A stretch of DNA of 64,000 nt, taken from the NCBI GenBank assembly GCA_965238225.1, contig OZ250183.1, positions 1,658,050-1,722,049 of the forward strand, read 5' to 3'. This document shows positions 56,719-64,000 of the stretch, in pieces. The stretch comes from Gammaproteobacteria bacterium. Its GTDB lineage: Bacteria; Pseudomonadota; Gammaproteobacteria; Eutrophobiales; Eutrophobiaceae. The position numbers and the translations under genes are program-made. The notes under the pieces are model-generated. The model ran no database searches and was not told the origin of the DNA. It saw only the letters and a program-made list of their open reading frames with translations. Numbering within the stretch: position 1 is the stretch's first letter; every line of letters starts with the position of its first letter.

Positions 56719-57561
56719 ATGAAATATTCCAGTCCAAAAATCCCGGAAGGAATTAATACTGTAGAGGAAAATCCATTGAAAGAATTTGTGATTCTTAGTA
56801 CAGGCATCTTCGCACTCATTCTCATCGCTGTCTTCATACTCGGTCTTTTTGCAGAAAGACTTGCAGTCTATGTGCCATTTAAAGTAGAACAAAACCTAGC
56901 CAAAAAAATATTGACTCAAAAAAATCAGGACACAGAATCTGAAACCAACATACAAATCCAAGAATATATACAATCTTTGAGTAATAAATTAGCAATACAG
57001 ATGGAGCTTCCCGAGGAAATGGAAATTACAGTACACTATCTCGAAGACGATACCGTCAACGCCTTCGCCACCCTCGGCGGTCATATTTTTATCTACCAAG
57101 GATTATTAAACGAGCTGCATAACGAAAATGCACTGGCTATGGTGATTGCCCATGAGATAGCGCACATTTATCACCGACACCCGATTATTGCTATGGGCAG
57201 AGGTGTTGTCATCGGATTGCTATTGTCCGCCATATCAGGCGCTAGCAGTGATTCCTTTATTATTGAAAAACCTAGCATGATAACCCTGCTAAATTTTAAC
57301 CGTTCTCAGGAAAAAGCAGCGGACATCACCGCATTTGCTGCCATAAACGGTTTATACGGCCATGTAGGAGGAGGTAATGACTTCTTTAAAACATTATTGA
57401 TGCAGACCAATAGAGAAGAACCGCCTGTTTTTCTTAGCACGCACCCACTCACGCAGGATAGGATTGATTATCTGATACAGTATACCCAAGAAAAAAACTG
57501 GAATACCGATATAGAATTGACACCAATGCCGAAAAACTTGGACTTAGGAAACCCTATGTAA
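56719..57561 (+). CDS. M48 family metallopeptidase
   Basis: VNAFATLGG, AHEIAH, QEKAAD, FLSTHP. Confidence 0.92.
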   Translation: MKYSSPKIPEGINTVEENPLKEFVILSTGIFALILIAVFILGLFAERLAVYVPFKVEQNLAKKILTQKNQDTESETNIQIQEYIQSLSNKLAIQMELPEEMEITVHYLEDDTVNAFATLGGHIFIYQGLLNELHNENALAMVIAHEIAHIYHRHPIIAMGRGVVIGLLLSAISGASSDSFIIEKPSMITLLNFNRSQEKAADITAFAAINGLYGHVGGGNDFFKTLLMQTNREEPPVFLSTHPLTQDRIDYLIQYTQEKNWNTDIELTPMPKNLDLGNPM

Positions 57562-57658
57562 TGCATCAATAAATATACTGCGTTTAAAATAATTTTTTCT
57601 TATCAAGATTCATGGTATAAATTTTCTCTTAAAGAAGTAATTTTAATATAAAGAAAAG

Positions 57659-58009
57659 TTGCATGTTGCAAACACCGTGCTTGGCATGAAATTACTGAGA
57701 AAATCTGAAAACAAAGAGTATGCTTATATTCTGGCATTTATTGGATATGCAGGTAAATCTGAAAGTACCGTCATTGAATTGACCTATAACTGGGATACCT
57801 TAGAATATGACCTCGGCACAGCTTATGGTCACATTGCAATCAACACCGATGACATCTACACAACCTGCAAAGAAATTAAACAAGCGGGCGATGAAATTAT
57901 CCGTGAACCAAGGCTTGTCACAGGTGGCACGACCGAAATCTATTTTATAAAAGATCCAGATGGTTATGCCATAGAACTTATAAATTTAGATCATGTAGAA
58001 CAAAGTTAA
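57659..58009 (+). pseudogene. gloA: Lactoylglutathione lyase, N-terminally truncated
   Basis: VLGMKLLRKSEN, IELTYNW, YGHIAI, DPDGYAIELI present; the MRxLHTMLRV N-terminus is not found upstream. Confidence 0.78.
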
Positions 58010-58080
58010 CGGGGTAGGCTTAGCCTTCATTTCCTAGTAAGGATATAAAAATAGAACACATTTGTATTTCTATAACTGAA

Positions 58081-59028
58081 ATGACACATAACGAAACAGA
58101 ATCTACAAAAATTGTTTTGGCAACGATGTATAAGTTTATACGGTTGCCTGATTTCAGAGAATTACGCGGAAAATTGCTGCGCGTTTGTGAAAAGCAATCG
58201 CTTAAAGGAACCCTGATTTTGGCTAAAGAGGGCATTAATGGCACTGTAGCAGGTACGCGTGAGGGAATTGATAATATTTTATATTTTCTCAAGCAAGATT
58301 CTCGATTTTTAGATCTAGAACATAAAGAATCTTTTGTCTCTAAAATCCCTTTTTACAGAATGAAAGTCAGACTAAAAAAAGAAATTGTAACGATGGGTAT
58401 CTCAGATACATATCCAAATCAATTAAATGGAACAAAAGTTGATTACGAAGAATGGAACAAGCTTATTTCTAACCCTGATGTTCTTGTTATCGATACGCGC
58501 AACGAATATGAGCATGAAATAGGCACGTTCGAAAATGCGATTTCTCCCAATACGAAAACATTTAAGGAATTTCCTGACTTTGTGAAAAATAAATTAGCTG
58601 TCGATAAACACAAAAAAATCGCAATGTTCTGCACAGGAGGCATACGTTGTGAAAAAGCTGTAAACTATATGCTGAAACAAGGATATGAGGATGTGTATCA
58701 TTTGAATGGAGGTATTCTTAAATATCTTAAGGAAGTTAAAAAAGAAGAAAATCTCTGGCAAGGTGATTGTTTTGTTTTTGATGGGCGCGTTGCCATTGAT
58801 AAAAATTTGGAGCAAAGTAATTATAAACAATGTTTCGCATGCCGAATGCCTTTATCAGAATCTGATTTACAGTCAAATAAATATGAGCAAGGTATTTCTT
58901 GTTCACACTGCATCGAAGAGATGACAAATAAAAAATATAAACGAGTTAGCGAAAGGCAACGCCAAATAGAATTGTCAGAAAAAAGGCGACAACAGCAGCA
59001 TATTGGCATATCTCAGAAAAAAATATAA
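58081..59028 (+). CDS. trhO: tRNA uridine(34) hydroxylase TrhO/YceA (rhodanese-related)
   Basis: EGINGT, DTRNEYE, MFCTGGIRCEKA, GDCFVFDGR. Confidence 0.92.
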   Translation: MTHNETESTKIVLATMYKFIRLPDFRELRGKLLRVCEKQSLKGTLILAKEGINGTVAGTREGIDNILYFLKQDSRFLDLEHKESFVSKIPFYRMKVRLKKEIVTMGISDTYPNQLNGTKVDYEEWNKLISNPDVLVIDTRNEYEHEIGTFENAISPNTKTFKEFPDFVKNKLAVDKHKKIAMFCTGGIRCEKAVNYMLKQGYEDVYHLNGGILKYLKEVKKEENLWQGDCFVFDGRVAIDKNLEQSNYKQCFACRMPLSESDLQSNKYEQGISCSHCIEEMTNKKYKRVSERQRQIELSEKRRQQQHIGISQKKI

Positions 59029-59209
59029 GGCCAACTACCGCTAATTAACAATGCGGTGTAGAAATCTGGTAGACTCATCTATTAAAAATTTGAAGAAAGT
59101 AAATTATTTTTGGTGGCAATGAATAAATAAAAACCGTGACAAGAAAATTAAAATACAGTGACTAACTCAAGTAAATATACTTAACTTAAATAATAGAGAG
59201 AGAACTAAA

Positions 59210-59794
59210 ATGTTGAAAACAATACATGACAAAGGCGCTTCTTTTATAGCGTTAATATTATTTTTGTGTTTATTTATAATTTCACCTGTTTCTGCTATTG
59301 AGGACACAGAAGTTGTAGATGCGGTAATAGAAACAAAATTTGGCAACATAAAATTGAAATTATTCCCCGATGTTGCCCCAGGCCACGTTAAGAATTTTCT
59401 AAAACTGGCAGAATCCGGATTCTATGACGGCACTATCTTCCACAGGGTAATTCCTAATTTTATGATTCAAGGTGGCGATCCAAATAGTAAAAGCACTGAC
59501 AGATCAAGTCATGGAATAGGTGGCCCAGGATATTCAATTGATGCGGAATTTAACGATAAACCTCATGTTAGAGGTGCTTTGTCGATGGCACGTTCGCAAG
59601 ACCCTGATTCCGCTGGTTCACAATTTTTTATTGTAGTAAAAAAATCCACCTTTCTAGATAAACAATATACTGTTTTTGGTGAGGTAGTTAGTGGTGTGGA
59701 TGTAGCTGATAAAATTGTTTCTCAGGAAAGAGATAATAGAGATAATCCAATCGAACGTATTGAAATGAAAATACGTGTCATAGCCCTTAAATAA
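59210..59794 (+). CDS. Exported cyclophilin-type peptidyl-prolyl isomerase
   Basis: FHRVIPNFMIQGGDP, LSMARS, SAGSQFFI, YTVFGEV. Confidence 0.95.
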   Translation: MLKTIHDKGASFIALILFLCLFIISPVSAIEDTEVVDAVIETKFGNIKLKLFPDVAPGHVKNFLKLAESGFYDGTIFHRVIPNFMIQGGDPNSKSTDRSSHGIGGPGYSIDAEFNDKPHVRGALSMARSQDPDSAGSQFFIVVKKSTFLDKQYTVFGEVVSGVDVADKIVSQERDNRDNPIERIEMKIRVIALK

Positions 59795-60006
59795 AGTAAG
59801 GGATTAAAAAGAAATTATAACTGCGGATAAAAACTTCTCTGGATAAGAGCTCTTAATAAGCATATCTATTAGTCACTATCATGCTCATAAGAACGTAAAT
59901 CTGATCAAATTTGTACTGCTTAAAGGTGAATTTTGGCGCTGGATATCAAGAAAAGATCGTATAACTTGCATCTTGCTACGCACACAGATTTCCATATCCC
60001 TGAATA

Positions 60007-61392
60007 ATGGAAAATATTCCTGAAAAAAAATCATTGCAACAAGCTGTATTAGTAATGGTGCTGTTAAATGCTTTCACAACGCCTCTGATGTTGTCTGCCA
60101 CGAATGTGGCATTGCCAGCTATCGCTGCGGACTTGAAACTTAATGCTGTGATGATTGGCTGGACACCCATGGCCTTTTTGATGGCCAGCGCAATGTTTGT
60201 ACTTATCTTTGGGCGTATCGCGGATATGCTGGGTCGCAAACGAATCTTTCTGATGGGCACGATGTGCGTCATCACCACATCAATTATTGCATCATTTGCT
60301 ACCAATGGTATGTATTTAATCACAGCAAGATTTTTCCAGGGCATAAGTGCGGCCATGCTTTTTGCGACACAGATTGCCATTATATCTTCAGTTTTTCCTG
60401 CACAACATAGAGGGCGTGCCATCGGCATGACAATATCTACTATTTACCTTGGCCTAGGCTTTGGCGCTTTGTTTGGAGGCTTCCTAGTTGACTATTATAG
60501 CTGGCGTGCAAATTTTATATTTCATATCCCGATTTCAATTATCGTTCTACTAATTGGTATCTTTAAGGTTCCTAAAGACTGGTCTGCTGACGAACGAGGA
60601 GATTTTGATTTAAAAAGTGCAGTTGTGTATGGATTGTCTATCATTCTTTTGTGTCTGGGTATGTCAAATCTATCAGAGAGTCATGGTATTTTTTGTTTAA
60701 TATTCAGCTTATTCGGCATAGTGATCTTTATAAAACTGACAAAACAATCAAAACATCCTATTTTCAATATATCTTTGTTCGAGAAAAACAGAGTGTTTAT
60801 GTTTTCTTGTTTTTCATCATTTATTATTTATGCAGCCATTTTTTCAAACACTTTTTTGATCAGTTTATATTTGCAATATTTAAGGGATCTGTCTGCGACA
60901 ATGGCAGGTATGATTATTATGACTCAGCCTTTAGCAATGGCAATCTTTTCACCTTTAACAGGACATTTATCAGATAAGTTTGAACCTAGAATTATCGCTT
61001 CTGTGGGAATGCTGGTAACAGCATATGGTTTGTTTATGCTGGGCTCAATAAATACAGATAGTGCAATCTCGATTTTAATTACTACCTTAATTATTACAGG
61101 TCTCGGATTTAGTTTATTCTCATCACCCAATGCAAATGCAATTATGGGTTCGGTAAATAAACGATATTATGGCAGTGCCACTGGCTCACTAGCAACGATG
61201 AGAATACTGGGTCAAATGACGAGCATGGTGCTGGTAACATTTGTTTTCTCCACGTTCATAGGTAAAACGCTAATTGATCCTTCAGTCTATCAAAACTTGA
61301 TGCGGGCTATTAATATCTGTTTCTTCATCTTTGCAAGTTTATGCATTCCAGGTTTTATATTTTCTCTTGTGCGTGGTCGCATGCATAAATAA
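60007..61392 (+). CDS. MFS transporter (DHA2/EmrB-like)
   Basis: GRIADMLGRKR motif A, ARFFQG, many TM segments. Confidence 0.92.
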   Translation: MENIPEKKSLQQAVLVMVLLNAFTTPLMLSATNVALPAIAADLKLNAVMIGWTPMAFLMASAMFVLIFGRIADMLGRKRIFLMGTMCVITTSIIASFATNGMYLITARFFQGISAAMLFATQIAIISSVFPAQHRGRAIGMTISTIYLGLGFGALFGGFLVDYYSWRANFIFHIPISIIVLLIGIFKVPKDWSADERGDFDLKSAVVYGLSIILLCLGMSNLSESHGIFCLIFSLFGIVIFIKLTKQSKHPIFNISLFEKNRVFMFSCFSSFIIYAAIFSNTFLISLYLQYLRDLSATMAGMIIMTQPLAMAIFSPLTGHLSDKFEPRIIASVGMLVTAYGLFMLGSINTDSAISILITTLIITGLGFSLFSSPNANAIMGSVNKRYYGSATGSLATMRILGQMTSMVLVTFVFSTFIGKTLIDPSVYQNLMRAINICFFIFASLCIPGFIFSLVRGRMHK

Positions 61393-61417
61393 ATATAGAC
61401 AAATATAAAAATATATT

Positions 61418-62263
61418 GTGCTAACAACAACAGATCATAGTCGCGATAGCGCAGGTTTTACTTATGTTTATCCTGTAATCTCACGCCGTTCAGGCGGGCT
61501 CTCTATTGGTGTTAATCTTAACCCAAATAATGCGTGTAACTGGCGTTGTATCTATTGCCAAGTTCCAAATTTGATACGTGGACCTGCTCCTAGAATCGAA
61601 CTACAAAAATTTCAAAAAGAGCTAGATGAATTTCTGAATGATATCATCAATGGTAATTTTTACGATCGTCATGAGATTTCAAAAGACCTTAGAACAATAA
61701 AGGATATTTCGATATCTGGTAATGGAGAATCAACCAGTTCTAGAGAATTTGACCAAGTTGTCGAATTGATTAGCCAGTCAATAGAACAATATGCTTTACA
61801 AGGAAAAATTAAACTTGTGCTTATTACTAACGGCAGCTTGGCACATAAAGAAGTAGTACAATCCGGGCTGTCGATGATGGCATCGTTAAATGGCGAAATC
61901 TGGTTTAAGTTAGACAGTAGTACAGATACTGGATTAAGAAACATTAATAACGCTGGCACTTCGATTGGCCGCGTTAAAGAAAATCTGAAAATAATGAGTG
62001 CGCTATGCCCAACATGGCTACAAACTTGCGTATTCAAATTAGATGGTAAATTACCATCTATGGATGAACGCGAGAGTTATTGGCAATTCCTGTCATGCCT
62101 AGAAAAAGAAAATATTAATATTAATGGTGTTTTATTGTATGGGCTAGCGCGTCCATCTATGCAAGCTGAAGCGGCACGATTGTCAATCGTATCAAAAACA
62201 TGGATGAACAGATTCGCCAATAAAATAAATCGCTTAGGGCTTCAAACCAGAGTCAATTATTAA
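61418..62263 (+). CDS. Radical SAM protein of unknown function
   Basis: CNWRCIYC (CxxxCxxC) motif, SGNGES, ITNGS. Confidence 0.9.
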   Translation: MLTTTDHSRDSAGFTYVYPVISRRSGGLSIGVNLNPNNACNWRCIYCQVPNLIRGPAPRIELQKFQKELDEFLNDIINGNFYDRHEISKDLRTIKDISISGNGESTSSREFDQVVELISQSIEQYALQGKIKLVLITNGSLAHKEVVQSGLSMMASLNGEIWFKLDSSTDTGLRNINNAGTSIGRVKENLKIMSALCPTWLQTCVFKLDGKLPSMDERESYWQFLSCLEKENININGVLLYGLARPSMQAEAARLSIVSKTWMNRFANKINRLGLQTRVNY

Positions 62264-62305
62264 AAGAATTTTGCGGTTTAATCTAGATTAAATTTTTAAT
62301 CCTAG

Positions 62306-62920
62306 TTACTTATTGAATAATGATTTGAGGTTCACGTAACCTTCAACAGCAAGAGATTCTTTATCTACAAACCTGAGAGAAGCTGAATTGACACAGTAAC
62401 GCAAACCTGTTGGTGCAGGACCATCATCAAAAATGTGTCCGAGATGAGAATCGGCTTGTGCGCTTCGTAATTCAGTTCTAATGCCGAATACTGAAATATC
62501 TATTTTTTCTACCAAAACATTAGCAGCGATAGGGCGTGTAAAACTCGGCCAACCAGTCCCGGATCTGAACTTATCTTTTGAGCTAAATAAAGGTTCGCCA
62601 GAAACTATATCAACATAAATACCTTCTTTCTTGTTATTCCAAAATTTATTCTGAAAAGGCCGCTCAGTAGCATCCTTCTGCGTTACAGCATATTGCAATT
62701 TTGTGAGTTTCTTCTTGAGTTCAAACTTTGAAGGTTTTACATAATTCGTGTCATTCTCTGACCATGAAAACGAGCCAGCATCGACTACGCCAGAAATAGT
62801 GTTTACAGCTTCATTACTTCCGTTTCCAGATTCTGCATAAACTGAGACAGCCATCATTGTCAGCCCTGCAATGTAAGCAAAGGCGCTGATAAGATCCCAT
62901 CTTTTTGTATATGATTTCAT
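62306..62920 (-). CDS. msrB: Exported peptide methionine-(R)-sulfoxide reductase
   Basis: [33 protein letters not shown]; N-terminal signal peptide. Confidence 0.95.
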   Translation of the reverse strand: MKSYTKRWDLISAFAYIAGLTMMAVSVYAESGNGSNEAVNTISGVVDAGSFSWSENDTNYVKPSKFELKKKLTKLQYAVTQKDATERPFQNKFWNNKKEGIYVDIVSGEPLFSSKDKFRSGTGWPSFTRPIAANVLVEKIDISVFGIRTELRSAQADSHLGHIFDDGPAPTGLRYCVNSASLRFVDKESLAVEGYVNLKSLFNK

Positions 62921-63131
62921 CTATTCTTATATATCTACTATTTTATATATCTACGATTGGGCTGTATTCGCACTTAAATTTCTCTCAGTGCCCATATTAT
63001 ACCATCAGACTGAGCAAACAAACCATTAGCTCCCAACAGCTTGGGTGTAGAATTTTTCATGCTGCGCAAAAGTCTACTAATAGTAGTGTATTATCCTTAA
63101 CGCAATTGTTATTGTGTGAGATAATTTTTAC

Positions 63132-64000
63132 ATGCGTATTGTTCCATATTTATTATATTTTACCTTTCTATTGTCTGCCTGTGGACGTTCGGACTATGAA
63201 ACTGCGATGGATGCACGCCATCGAGGTGACTATCAGACTGCCTTTGAAATATTACTACCTTTAGCTGAATCCGGTGATGCTGAAGCACAATATGCCGTGG
63301 GCTCTCTGTTCGATGACGAAGATGGGCTCGGACAAGATCACGCAAAAGCTTTTAAGTGGTATCAAAAAGCCGCTGATCAGAATTTTCTTGAGGCCTTATA
63401 TCAAATTGGCCTCATGTATCAAAATGGGCTTGGAGTTGAGAAAAATCTGACTGAGGCCGCTGCTTGGTATCTCAATGCTGCAAACCAGGGTTTTGTAGCA
63501 GCTCAGACAAAACTAGCAAGAATGTATTTACAGGATACGGGAATAAAACGCGACTACTGGGAAGCAATGAAATGGACTAGAAAGGCAGCTGATGTCGGTG
63601 ATCCTGAGGCTCAAGTGAATATGGGCTACATTTTTTACAAAGGATTTGGTGTTATTCAAGATTACACCGAAGCTGTAAAATGGTATCGCAGGGCTGCGGA
63701 ACAAGGGTGGATAAGCGCCCAACATGTTTTGGGTGTTATGTATCAAAATGGCCGTGGTGTAGATCAAGATTATTCTCTTGCGATTGATTGGTACCGTAAA
63801 GCAGCTAACCGTGGATATGCTTACTCCCAAAAGAATCTGATTAATATGTATCGTGAAGGCATGGGTATTCCTAAAGACAAAACAGAGGCATCAGAATGGT
63901 TCTTTGATGCAGCGAGTAAAAAAAATATGATTGCTCAATTTAGGCTTGGTACGATCTACCATAATGGCTATGGTGTTCCACAAAATAATATCAAAGCTTA
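63132..64000 (+). CDS. Sel1-like repeat lipoprotein, 3' end runs off the window
   Basis: Manual translation MRIVPYLLYFTFLLSAC (lipobox), then repeated AQ..LG.MY..G.GV.QD...A..WY.KAA.QG units; frame consistent at the window end. Confidence 0.92.
   Translation, partial: MRIVPYLLYFTFLLSACGRSDYETAMDARHRGDYQTAFEILLPLAESGDAEAQYAVGSLFDDEDGLGQDHAKAFKWYQKAADQNFLEALYQIGLMYQNGLGVEKNLTEAAAWYLNAANQGFVAAQTKLARMYLQDTGIKRDYWEAMKWTRKAADVGDPEAQVNMGYIFYKGFGVIQDYTEAVKWYRRAAEQGWISAQHVLGVMYQNGRGVDQDYSLAIDWYRKAANRGYAYSQKNLINMYREGMGIPKDKTEASEWFFDAASKKNMIAQFRLGTIYHNGYGVPQNNIKA

Noticed and set aside
62905-63830. ORFs 62905-63264, 63160-63345 and 63528-63830
   Set aside because: Off-frame or antisense shadows of the Sel1 lipoprotein gene.

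Overview
AT-rich gammaproteobacterial chromosome segment, mostly housekeeping genes: DUF1674-sdhCDAB-sdhE-ygfZ, dsbB, ffh, ypjD-corC, carAB-greA-rlmE-ftsH-glmM, dapE, class I fumarase, rib-nusB-thiL, hemB, folD, ctaA, split class II RNR nrdJab, a Gld-like ABC system, glyQS-gmhB-plsC, trhO, a cyclophilin and msrB. Two repeat proteins absent from the ORF track run off the window ends: an RTX/Ca-binding protein (minus strand) and a Sel1-repeat lipoprotein. Early genome erosion is evident in multi-lesion pseudogenes (RTX remnant, SAM methyltransferase, ArsM-like, M20 peptidase, gloA, an R-M pair), suggesting a host-associated lifestyle (inference). Most unusual observations: (1) carB carries a ~65-codon anchor/spacer repeat expansion plus a locally templated 16-bp insertion; (2) a decayed tmRNA 3' end borders a ~683-bp-period triplication whose third copy of promoter/RBS/first codons is fused to an unrelated metallophosphoesterase; (3) a deleted MTase-HNH R-M cassette sits between nrdJa and nrdJb, downstream of NrdR boxes; (4) glmM and a YbjQ-family gene lack canonical start codons; (5) the sdh operon appears inverted between ygfX and ygfZ. 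No CRISPR, rRNA, tRNA, integrase, RT or transposase was seen. Single-base homopolymer frameshifts could be sequencing errors. All family calls are by eye and from memory; no searches were run.
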